Positions 40,901-48,223 of a stretch of DNA of 64,000 nucleotides are shown here, piece after piece (the first letter of the stretch is position 1; every line of letters starts with the position of its first letter). Made by a program: the position numbers and the translations under genes. The DNA comes from Phycisphaeraceae bacterium. Lineage in GTDB: Bacteria > Planctomycetota > Phycisphaerae > Phycisphaerales > Phycisphaeraceae. The notes beneath the pieces are model-generated. The model saw nothing but the letters and a program-made list of their open reading frames with translations. It had not been told where the DNA came from and did not search any database. Location of the stretch: positions 4,960,001 through 5,024,000 of the forward strand of contig OY771506.1 in assembly GCA_963674705.1 (NCBI GenBank), given 5' to 3'.

Positions 40901-41452
40901 ACTAAGCGTAGCGAACGTATTCATGAACTCATGCACCCAGTTACTCATCTGGGTTACGGTCAGTGAATTCGATCCTTCCAGGTCAAGCACCGGACGCAGG
41001 TACCCGTCGGTCAGGTAATCATCGACCGCGGCATAGAAGTCCGTCGCCTCATCCGCTGCATCATTGACGCCACTGGTGTAAGGCGTCGCGAAGTGATAAC
41101 CCCCCACATAAAGCCCCGCATTATGTGCGCCGGCAACGTTGGTGTACCACTTCGGGTCGGTGTAATCCACACCTTCCGTCGCCTTGGCCCACACGAAATC
41201 GATGTCATTGTTGTTCGCGACGCTCGTCCAGTTGATCGTGCCCTGCCACTTGGACACATCGATACCGAAGACCAGGTCGCTCGTTGCCGCCGCCACCACC
41301 TCGGCCTGCTCAGCCTCGGCCGGCTGAACCACGTCCTGTGCATCGTATAGCGAAGCACTCAGCAGCAGTCGTTGTTCTAGTTCTTCTAAACCGTTGCCAT
41401 AGACGGATGAACGGCCGGCATTGGACCGGGTCTGCCCGAGGTCATAACTCAT
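37997..41452 (-). CDS. LEPRxLL-type protein with duplicated [GH25 muramidase - 2x PPC-like - dockerin-like] module
   Basis: LEELEQRLLLSA; two GIDVSxWQG..(DLE/DIE)..WQYS..VDGD domains; four DDHGD/N..D.D(W/Y)F units; two GDxDGDGFVGL domains. Confidence 0.88.
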   Translation of the reverse strand: MSYDLGQTRSNAGRSSVYGNGLEELEQRLLLSASLYDAQDVVQPAEAEQAEVVAAATSDLVFGIDVSKWQGTINWTSVANNNDIDFVWAKATEGVDYTDPKWYTNVAGAHNAGLYVGGYHFATPYTSGVNDAADEATDFYAAVDDYLTDGYLRPVLDLEGSNSLTVTQMSNWVHEFMNTFATLSGGIVPVIYTGTTYATSELNSSVNIYDLWYPRWPSDPDFDNPPAAPGIWNSYDLWQYSSTTSVTGISGNVDGDVFLGNIDEFISKYVISTVPDDHGDDVASATVIGLPSTTAGVIGNTNDSDWFEVTLEAGVEYSFSVLTDGLSSAELRLRTNLGNQITMNSGPASGDTLAQITYTPVSSQVYYLSVDSSGIGSYNLVVQEADDHGDSIAEATDLTSGLALGGLQTATDKDYFFFNATAGKQYTIEIIGLDLTDAVLNLYNSGGAITAQATGNGGSSPLVHMDWSALGDGVMYISVYSNAGTLGDYAITLVESDPQLIGDLDGDGFVGLSDMDIVLGAWNQSVTAGDWLAGDPSGDGFVGLDDLDIVLGNWNAGTAPVEDAVSGELSETLAAATSGYILGIDVSVWQGTINWPTVAASGREFAFIRAVDRDGEIDTRFYYNIVQAKAAGIYAGAYQFVTPWTDGYNDAVEEAQLFASVIAPYLTDGYLRPVIDIEAGPPHEPYPIDLDNTVLTNWIHDYMEEFERLTGVQPLIYSNTYYATSAYTSGVNVYDLWLANWTNDPDSPPGGNADGVWNGYDFWQYSGGGDSVPGISGGVDGDVFFGTVAEMLAEYGITTVPDDHGNDDDSATVMASMPSAAIGTIDTVMDTDWFELSLESGTEYVFSLIAGSASSAQIALYTQAGTQLASNVGPASGGILANLSFTPSYTDTYYIRIAAIDDVGTYILSVQEADDHGDTIAEATGPVSSAAFGGIQSNSDLDYFSFNVSAGMHYDIQVFDLGIPDAAITLYDGSGNYISDDSGSNTGGTHAQVGYNATSDGVMYVAISAQIGSYGDYALLINESEPTLVGDIDGDGFVGLSDLDLVLGSWNQTVPPADSAVDLSGDGYVGLDDLDIVLANWNAGTQPAAVGSAVTEPVTASSTEATAASTLDETPEPVASSAMLAAWRSEARSAFVEEDAADYDPVIGLWE

Positions 41453-41587
41453 GCTGACATCCCTTTTCCTGGTTGTGTCTCAATCGCCCCGCCGTCAGGA
41501 ACTCGGCAGTGAGGCATTATTACATAAGAATACCCCGAATAATCTCGAAATTCCAGAAAAATCCGCGATTTGGGGCCAGAATCGGCC

Positions 41588-42793
41588 TTACAGGCCGTAG
41601 AGACAGGTCAAAATCAACGCTATCCGCTCAGACCAGGCCCATTCGTTGTGACGACCGCCCTCGATCTCCTGATATTCACAGGAAATACCCCAATCCGGAT
41701 GATTTTGCCTTGTCTTCCCAAACAGACCAGCCAGATCCCGCGTGTGCCGCAACAGCAGGTTCCCCGTACTGCTGCCGGCCTCCGCCGTGCCCATGTCCAG
41801 CCAGAACCGCTTGCCCCGCATCCACTTCACGTCCGCCGATAGCAGGCCATCCAGGTACTGCCGATCGTGGATGCCCAGTGCCGGCGAAACGATCCCGCAT
41901 CGGCCAAACACCTCCGGGTACTGCTGCGCCAAGTACAGCGAAATCAGCCCACCCATCGACGAACCGGCCACCCCTGTTTTGTCACGCTCCGTATCCACCC
42001 GGTAAGTCTTCTCGATAAACGGCTTCACCTCTTCCACCACAAAACGCGCATACGCCGACGGTTCAGCATCCGGCGCACCCGCGTTGTACTCCTGCATACG
42101 ATCGGCGTTGTTGTACAAGCCCACGATGATGATCGGCTCGATCGTCCCCGCCTCGATCAGACGCTGCGCCGCCTCATCCACCCGCCATTCCACACCCGCA
42201 AACGATGTGCTGGCATCGAAAATGTTCTGCCCGTCATGCATATATAGCACCGGGTACTTCCGCTCCACCTGCTCGTCATACCACGGCGGCAGGTAAACGA
42301 TCAGCGTCCTTTCGTTATCAAGTATCTGCGAATGAAAACGCTCGTGCTTCTTGATATTTCCAGACAGCGTTGGTTCGATCTGTGATGCCTGTTGGTTCGC
42401 CCATGCAGCAACTGCAAATTGAACTTGTTTAGATATATCTGCAACGACAAGACGGTTATCCATCTCCGCGCCGGACGCGTTTTTCTCTACTGTCTGCCAA
42501 CTGCCTCGCGTTACCTTGCATTGAATCTGTGTGCCACGCTTTACCATAAGTAATGCGGCATATGTCCCATCGTCCAGTCGTTGCAGTATCAACCCTTGCC
42601 CGTTCCAGTTGCCAAGATCCGGAATATTGCCGCAGACATAAATCGAATCATTCACAGGCGTATCCGCGGGAACCGAAACAACAAACATCAACCGCACTGC
42701 CTCAGTTTCAGCCTGGTTTTCATCCTGCGCTAAACAGGTGGATGAAAACAAACCTACAACAAGCAGGCAACAACCGAACAGGAAAGCTGTCAT
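41588..42793 (-). CDS. CBM20-like domain plus alpha/beta-hydrolase (putative esterase)
   Basis: IYVCGNIPDLGNW..KVTRGSW..VE..NR; YPVLYMHDGQN, GSSMGG and HNE.AW motifs; GGAGG RBS. Confidence 0.87.
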   Translation of the reverse strand: MTAFLFGCCLLVVGLFSSTCLAQDENQAETEAVRLMFVVSVPADTPVNDSIYVCGNIPDLGNWNGQGLILQRLDDGTYAALLMVKRGTQIQCKVTRGSWQTVEKNASGAEMDNRLVVADISKQVQFAVAAWANQQASQIEPTLSGNIKKHERFHSQILDNERTLIVYLPPWYDEQVERKYPVLYMHDGQNIFDASTSFAGVEWRVDEAAQRLIEAGTIEPIIIVGLYNNADRMQEYNAGAPDAEPSAYARFVVEEVKPFIEKTYRVDTERDKTGVAGSSMGGLISLYLAQQYPEVFGRCGIVSPALGIHDRQYLDGLLSADVKWMRGKRFWLDMGTAEAGSSTGNLLLRHTRDLAGLFGKTRQNHPDWGISCEYQEIEGGRHNEWAWSERIALILTCLYGL

Positions 42794-42819
42794 GATGCAA
42801 CCTCCAATTGCGAGACAAC

Positions 42820-42850
42820 AAAAAAACGGCCGCCCCAATGGACGACCGTT
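42820..42850 (-). terminator. intrinsic terminator after rplI
   Basis: Imperfect GC stem followed by a T run on the minus strand. Confidence 0.6.
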
Positions 42851-42878
42851 ATTGTATCTTTGATTGTCGACTGAAAAC

Positions 42879-43424
42879 CTACTCGTCCAGTTCCGCGGTG
42901 ACCGGTGCTTCGTCCTCGTCGACCACTTCGCCTTCAACCTCTTCTTCGGCTCCCAGTTCTTCGGCGGGCTTATCGGAGACAACCCACACCTTGACCTCGG
43001 CCTTGAGTTCCTTGTCGATCACGACCGGCACCTGGTAGCTGTCCAGACGCTTGATCTGGTCGCCGATGCGGACGTGGCGGTCTTCGATCATATCGAAGCC
43101 TTCATCACGCAACGACTGGGCGATCTCGTGCTGCGACACACCGCCGTACAGCACACCCTGCTCGTTGGCCGAACGCATCAGCGTCAGCTCGAAGCCGTTG
43201 ATCTTGTCGATCAGCGATTCGTGTTCCTTGCGGATACGCGCCATCTCGGCAGCGACCTGGGCACGACGCTCAGCCAGACGGGCGATCGCCGCGTCACTCG
43301 GTGTCGTCGCCAGGCCGTGCGGCAGCAGGTAGTTGCGGGCATAACCCGGCTTAACCTTTACCACGTCCCCGACGATCCCGAGGTTACTCACGTTTTCCAG
43401 TAATAACAGTTCAACTTGCTTCAT
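42879..43424 (-). CDS. rplI: 50S ribosomal protein L9
   Basis: LGIVGDVVKVKPGYARNYLLP and LYGGV motifs. Confidence 0.97.
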   Translation of the reverse strand: MKQVELLLLENVSNLGIVGDVVKVKPGYARNYLLPHGLATTPSDAAIARLAERRAQVAAEMARIRKEHESLIDKINGFELTLMRSANEQGVLYGGVSQHEIAQSLRDEGFDMIEDRHVRIGDQIKRLDSYQVPVVIDKELKAEVKVWVVSDKPAEELGAEEEVEGEVVDEDEAPVTAELDE

Positions 43425-43505
43425 GTTGTCCTTCCTTCAGGTAAGGCAAGTTAGGCGTCGGCCCGTGGATCAACACGCCCACGGCGGTACACCAGCATCG
43501 TATGT

Positions 43506-43592
43506 AGGCTTGAGACTTGAGGTGTGAGGCTTGAGGGATTCCAGCCGTACACCAGATAAATACTCAAGCCTCAAGACTCAGGCCTCAAGCCT
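43506..43592. repeat. inverted pair of 7-nt-period tracts (AGGCTTG / CTCAAGC)
   Basis: Four units at 43506-43535 and four complementary units at 43563-43592. Confidence 0.85.
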
Positions 43593-43596
43593 GTTT

Positions 43597-44061
43597 TCAA
43601 AACGGAATATCTTCCTCATCCACCGCCTGATGCACCGGCGGGCCGTCATTCATCGGCGCCGATCCACCGCGGGAACCGCCGCGACCGCCGGAGTAGCCCC
43701 CACCGCCTCCGCTGCCGCCTTCGGCACGTGTATCCAGAAACTCGAACGACTCCACGACAATCTTCAGCTTCGAGCGGTTGCCTCCGCTTTCCTTGTCCTG
43801 CCAGGTGTCCAGCTTCAGACGGCCTTCCACGTACAATGGTCGGCCCTTCTTCAGGTACTGGTTCAACACCTCGGCGGTCCGGCCCCAGGCTTCCAGATCG
43901 ACAAACGTCGTCTCTTCCTGGTTCTCGTTGGTCTGCTTGTTGAACCAACGCCGGTTGATCGCCATCCCAAGATTCGCCACCGCCGTATTATTCGGCGTGT
44001 AACGCAACTCCGGATCGCGCGTCAGGTTGCCCATCAGCATGACCTTGTTCAGATTAGGCAT
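43597..44061 (-). CDS. ssb: single-stranded DNA-binding protein
   Basis: NKVMLMGNLTRDPELRYT, VEGRL, Gly-rich linker and DIPF tail. Confidence 0.97.
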   Translation of the reverse strand: MPNLNKVMLMGNLTRDPELRYTPNNTAVANLGMAINRRWFNKQTNENQEETTFVDLEAWGRTAEVLNQYLKKGRPLYVEGRLKLDTWQDKESGGNRSKLKIVVESFEFLDTRAEGGSGGGGGYSGGRGGSRGGSAPMNDGPPVHQAVDEEDIPF

Positions 44062-44113
44062 ATGGCACCTCCTGCGCTGCTGTGAGCACACGGTCACGGA
44101 TTCGTTCAGGTAA

Positions 44114-44563
44114 TTACTCGGCGGCTGTTTCGACAGCTTCTTCGTCCGCGTCGACCTCATCATCATTAACTGATGACGGTTCATCGTCACGAAGCTTCTG
44201 CTCGACAACGCTGTGCTTCGCGGCATCGAGTTCTTCATCGTACTCGACCTGACCATAGTGATCGCAACGTGTCACCATCACACGCAGAATCTGCTCCGAC
44301 AGATTGCAGTCACGCTCGAGGTCCGCCAGCTTGCCGCCATCGACACGGAACATCGACAGCAGGAATACACCACGCTTCTGGCCCTTGATCGGGTACGCCA
44401 GTTTGCGGTCGTCCCATTTACGAAGCGTCAGCACCTCGGCGCCCGCCCGATCCAGGATCTGGCGTACGTGGTCGATCGCATCGCCCAGGTTCGTACCGAC
44501 CGCCTGCTGGCTTATCAGGAACAGGCCTTCGTAAAGATTGCTGTTATCGAAAGTATCGCTCAT
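44114..44563 (-). CDS. rpsF: 30S ribosomal protein S6
   Basis: YEGLF..W..RKLAYPI..G...ILR pattern; directly upstream of ssb. Confidence 0.93.
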   Translation of the reverse strand: MSDTFDNSNLYEGLFLISQQAVGTNLGDAIDHVRQILDRAGAEVLTLRKWDDRKLAYPIKGQKRGVFLLSMFRVDGGKLADLERDCNLSEQILRVMVTRCDHYGQVEYDEELDAAKHSVVEQKLRDDEPSSVNDDEVDADEEAVETAAE

Positions 44564-44894
44564 CGGAATGCGTCTCCTACCCACTCGGTGGCCCCAGCCG
44601 ACGCGACCGGGACGCCGGACCCTCGCCGACGGGCGAGGCCGAGCGGTCTATGTGTAGCCCATTAGTTTAACCACCCCGATCACAACCGGCAACGTACCTC
44701 AACCTCCCACTCGCCTGCCTCTTCCGAAAGTCTCAAACCACCATACATAAAATACCTTTGGGTCCGTATATACAGCCGCCATCCGGATCATGCCGAATGC
44801 AAAATAAATGTGAAGCCTTGTGCTACCGCCTGTAACTGCGATAGACTACGTACGGAATCCGGTTACGAATCTACTAACATTGGGGAGAAAGACC

Positions 44895-45533
44895 ATGAGA
44901 AAGATTGTGCGCTTTGTGTGTTTATCCGCATTTGCTTGTGCCACGTTCATGCCGGCTGTTCAGTCACAGGCAACCATGACCCTTGTCGGCCTCGTCCCGG
45001 TAGATAATTCCGCGGCACCCTCACTTGCCGGCTACCGCACTTATGACTTGGTCGTGAACACCACCAGCGACTGGACCGCCGCCGCCATGCTGCTGGAATT
45101 GACCCAGGGAGACATCTTCCAGCATGTGAATGGTGATGCGAATGGCCTGCCGCCTATCGAAGTCGTTATTTCGATACTCGGTGATGAGTCACTGCGATAC
45201 GACACCTTCGTCACCAATCCGGACGGTACCGACCTCGGCTCCGGCGTCGGGATTGCCGGGGGCGCAGGCGATGTCGGCGGTAACGGCTTCACCTTCAGCA
45301 CGACCGAACTGGACGTCACCTGGTTCAGCCCCGGCAGCGATACGAACGATATCGGCGACAGCAAGATCGCCCGGATCACGCTCAGCAACGACGCCCAAGG
45401 CACACTCCTGCTTGCCATTACCGAAGCCGGCACCCCCAATCTCGAACGCTTCGAGATCACCATCGTCCCTGAACCCGCAACACTTGGCCTGTTTAGCCTC
45501 GCTGGCCTTGCCATGCTGCGCCGTCGCCGCTGA
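44895..45533 (+). CDS. PEP-CTERM exosortase-target protein
   Basis: Signal peptide; C-terminal VPEPATLGLFSLAGLAMLRRRR. Confidence 0.88.
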   Translation: MRKIVRFVCLSAFACATFMPAVQSQATMTLVGLVPVDNSAAPSLAGYRTYDLVVNTTSDWTAAAMLLELTQGDIFQHVNGDANGLPPIEVVISILGDESLRYDTFVTNPDGTDLGSGVGIAGGAGDVGGNGFTFSTTELDVTWFSPGSDTNDIGDSKIARITLSNDAQGTLLLAITEAGTPNLERFEITIVPEPATLGLFSLAGLAMLRRRR

Positions 45534-45560
45534 TTCACGAACCGAACCTGATATGCCCAC

Positions 45561-45592
45561 AAAAAAACCACGCCATGAGGCGTGGTTTTTTT
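45561..45592. terminator. bidirectional intrinsic terminator
   Basis: aaaaaaaccacgcc-atga-ggcgtggttttttt between the convergent PEP-CTERM gene and tRNA. Confidence 0.85.
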
Positions 45593-45606
45593 CTTGCTCG
45601 CGTAAG

Positions 45607-45680
45607 CGAGGGTGACGGGGCTCGAACCCGCAACCTCCGGATCGACAGTCCGGTGCTCTAACCAATTGAGCTACACCCCC
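45607..45680 (-). tRNA. tRNA-Asp (GTC), CCA not encoded
   Basis: GGGGGTG/CACCCTC acceptor stem, D-arm GCTCAATTGGTTAGAGC, anticodon arm CCGGA-CTGTCGA-TCCGG, T-loop GGTTCGAGCC. Confidence 0.96.
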
Positions 45681-45719
45681 TAAATCGGGGTCCCGCTCGG
45701 TTTCCCGAGCGAGTCACAT

Positions 45720-45747
45720 ACTCTAATCTTGCTTGCCGGATTGTCAA
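45720..45747 (-). promoter_or_regulatory. sigma70-type promoter for tRNA-Asp
   Basis: TTGACA-N16-TAGAGT about 40 nt upstream of the tRNA. Confidence 0.65.
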
Positions 45748-45754
45748 CTGAGGC

Positions 45755-45973
45755 AGGGTGTAGGGTGTGGGGTGTGGGGTGTAGGGTGTAGGGTGTAGGG
45801 TGTAGGGTGTAGGAATTGTATTGCTAATGGCTAATGGCTTGTCTCCCCCAACGCCGGTCCTGAGCGCAGCGAAGGTCCGGGTATCTGCAGAGATCAGAGA
45901 TCAGCCAGATCGTATCACCTATCCACATACCACAACCATACCCCTCCGTGCTAACAGCTAATGGCTAACGGCT
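45755..45973 (+). repeat. composite repeat copy 2: (RGGGTGT)8, GCTAATG tract, 33-bp hairpin, CAGAGAT tract, GCTAAYR tract
   Basis: Tracts at 45755-45813, 45823-45839, 45888-45904 and 45950-45973; hairpin at 45848-45880. Confidence 0.9.
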
Positions 45974-45980
45974 CTTCCAA

Positions 45981-47021
45981 TCAGTAGCTGATCTTCTTAA
46001 ACCGCCCCGCCTTCGCCGCTTCCATCGATGTCAGGATCACGTTCAGGGCCTTGTAGCCCTCCATGCCGTCGATCTGGGGCTTCTTGCGGTTCAGGATCGA
46101 CTCGGTGAAGCTGTCGATGATGCCGCTGGCGACCTGCCGTGTGTTCGTCGCCACCGCGCCGGTCTTGTGGTACTCGCGCTGGCCGTTGCGATACTCGACG
46201 ATGACGTTGAATTCCGGGTCCTTGCCGACCTTGATCACGCCCTTGGAGCAGAAGATCGTCGTGCCGTTGTCTTCTCCGCCGTAGTTCGTCCAGGAGATGT
46301 TCATGCTCCCGACGACGCCGGACTTGGTCTGCAGCGTGAGGAACGCGTTGTCATCCAGCGGGATCTTTCTGCCGGTTTCGGTCTTCTTGTCCAGCGTGTC
46401 GATGATCCCGCCGACTGTCACGAACTCTTCGCCCAGCAGCCAGCGCATCAGGTCGGCCTTGTGCACGCCCAGGTCGCCGGTCACGCCCATGACCGCCGGC
46501 TGCTTCTTAAAGAACCAGCTCTTGGCCCCGTCCACCGACCAGCCGTCCGGGCCGGGGTGTTTGAACGTCGTCTCAAACGCGATCGGCTTGCCGACACACC
46601 CTGAATCCAGGATATCCTTGGCCTTGGCGTGCGGCGGCATCAGCCGTTGATTCATCCCGACCATCAGGTACTTACGGGCAGCCTTGGACGCAGCAATCAT
46701 CTTCTTCGCCTCCGCGCGGGTCGTCGCCATCGGCTTCTCGACCAGCACGTGCAGCTTCGCCTTGAATGCATCGATCGTCATCGGGGCGTGCAGCACGTTC
46801 GGACCGCAGACCACCGCAGCGTCCAGATTCTCTTCCTTAAGCATCTTCTTGTAGTCGGTATACCCCTTGGCGCCGATCTTCTCGCCGATCGACTGGGCCC
46901 GACCCTTGACCGGGTCCGCCACCGCGACCACGACCGACTTCTCGTTCGCGACCGCTTCGGGGATGTGCCTGCGCTGCGCGATCGCGCCGCAACCGATGAC
47001 GCCGTACCTGACTGTCTTCAT
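45981..47021 (-). CDS. Gfo/Idh/MocA family oxidoreductase
   Basis: GVIGCGAIA, HVLVEKPMA and DLGVHKAD motifs. Confidence 0.92.
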   Translation of the reverse strand: MKTVRYGVIGCGAIAQRRHIPEAVANEKSVVVAVADPVKGRAQSIGEKIGAKGYTDYKKMLKEENLDAAVVCGPNVLHAPMTIDAFKAKLHVLVEKPMATTRAEAKKMIAASKAARKYLMVGMNQRLMPPHAKAKDILDSGCVGKPIAFETTFKHPGPDGWSVDGAKSWFFKKQPAVMGVTGDLGVHKADLMRWLLGEEFVTVGGIIDTLDKKTETGRKIPLDDNAFLTLQTKSGVVGSMNISWTNYGGEDNGTTIFCSKGVIKVGKDPEFNVIVEYRNGQREYHKTGAVATNTRQVASGIIDSFTESILNRKKPQIDGMEGYKALNVILTSMEAAKAGRFKKISY

Positions 47022-47150
47022 GACTTCTCCTGGTATGCCGAGGCAAAACACGCCCGGGCCGTGGATGTAATGTAAATCGTGGGTAACCGAAAACCCTCCG
47101 CTTGCCGCGGATCGGCCATCATAGCAATTCAGGCACGTGACGGTTTTGAA

Positions 47151-47621
47151 TCACATCGGCATGCCGATGATCTTCGCCTCGAACACCAGCGAGCCGTCGA
47201 CCACCCCCTGCACCACGCTCGTGCTGCGTCGCTTACGCAGCTCCGTCTGTTCGCAGAGGATGTATAGCCGATCGCCCGGCTTGACCTGCCCGCGGAACTT
47301 CACTGCCTCCAAGCCGGCAAAGCCCATGAAACCCGTCTTCAACTGCGATAAGCAAACAAAGCTCGCCAGTTGTGCCCCGGCCTCCACCATCAGCACACCC
47401 GGGAACAAAGGCCGACCCGGGATATGCCCGGGCACCCAGAACTCATCGTCCTTCACATCCCGGTACGCCATCGTGTGATGCAGGTCGTCCGTGGCATACA
47501 CGATCCCATCGATCAGCCGCATCACGCCCCGGTGCGGATTGATCTTCTCGATGTCCTGGGCCGAGTAGATCAGTTTGCTGGTATCAATATCAGAGATATC
47601 AAATAACAGGGGTGGGGCCAT
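47151..47621 (-). CDS. FabA/FabZ-type 3-hydroxyacyl-ACP dehydratase
   Basis: NPHR, GHIPGRPLFPGVLMVEAGAQ and KFRGQVKPGD motifs. Confidence 0.88.
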   Translation of the reverse strand: MAPPLLFDISDIDTSKLIYSAQDIEKINPHRGVMRLIDGIVYATDDLHHTMAYRDVKDDEFWVPGHIPGRPLFPGVLMVEAGAQLASFVCLSQLKTGFMGFAGLEAVKFRGQVKPGDRLYILCEQTELRKRRSTSVVQGVVDGSLVFEAKIIGMPM

Positions 47622-47763
47622 GGGATTGCAGTCCACAAGTGGATAAACGGGTGCAAGTGCCCGGCAACGACCACAACGCCACGCCGGGGCGACCCGCGTT
47701 AACAGGTTAAATCAGAACGGTTGATCAGCCGAACTGCATCATAAAATATGCCGGAACAGGCAA

Positions 47764-47940
47764 TTAATCGCCGTCGCGATTTTCAAGCACCTTCACGCGC
47801 AGCGTCTGTGCCACGTTCTTTACGTCCTGCATCATCTTGCGGACACGCGTTCCCGCCGCCTTGTTACCGCCGGCAGCCTTGCGCAAATCATCTTCAACTG
47901 AGGCAACCAGGGTCTTGAGCTGTTCGTAAGTTTCGAGCAT
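47764..47940 (-). CDS. small histone H1-like (Hc1 N-terminal-type) protein
   Basis: GNKAAGTRVRK.MQ..K..AQ.LR motif; GGAG RBS. Confidence 0.8.
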   Translation of the reverse strand: MLETYEQLKTLVASVEDDLRKAAGGNKAAGTRVRKMMQDVKNVAQTLRVKVLENRDGD

Positions 47941-48060
47941 CGATATCTCCAGAGTCAGTGTCCGTATGGGTCTTTTCATGCCCTGAGGGCTGGAAATAGC
48001 GTACCCAAGCCCGCCAGAAGCGGCAAACAGGCCCCCCGATGGGGGCTGGGAGACGGATGT

Positions 48061-48216
48061 GGGGTGTGGGGTGTGGGGTGTGGGAACTGTATTTATGATT
48101 TGGGATTGATGATTTAGGATTTGTGCCATTGGCTAATGGCTAATGGCTTCTTCCCCTCCAACGCCGGTCCTGAGCGAAGCGAAGGTCCGGACCTCTTCAC
48201 GGGTATCGGGTATCGG
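48061..48216 (+). repeat. composite repeat copy 3: (GGGGTGT)3, GATT heptamers, GCTAATG tract, 33-bp hairpin, CGGGTAT x2
   Basis: The hairpin at 48158-48190 differs from 45848-45880 by one base. Confidence 0.9.
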
Positions 48217-48223
48217 AAGAATC

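Noticed and set aside
45607..45680. tRNA-Asp as an island integration site
   Set aside because: I saw no duplicated tRNA 3' end and no integrase in the window.
45755..45973. Possible CRISPR array or telomere-like repeat
   Set aside because: The units are 7-nt tandem copies with no unique spacers, there are no cas genes, and the tract is internal to the chromosome.
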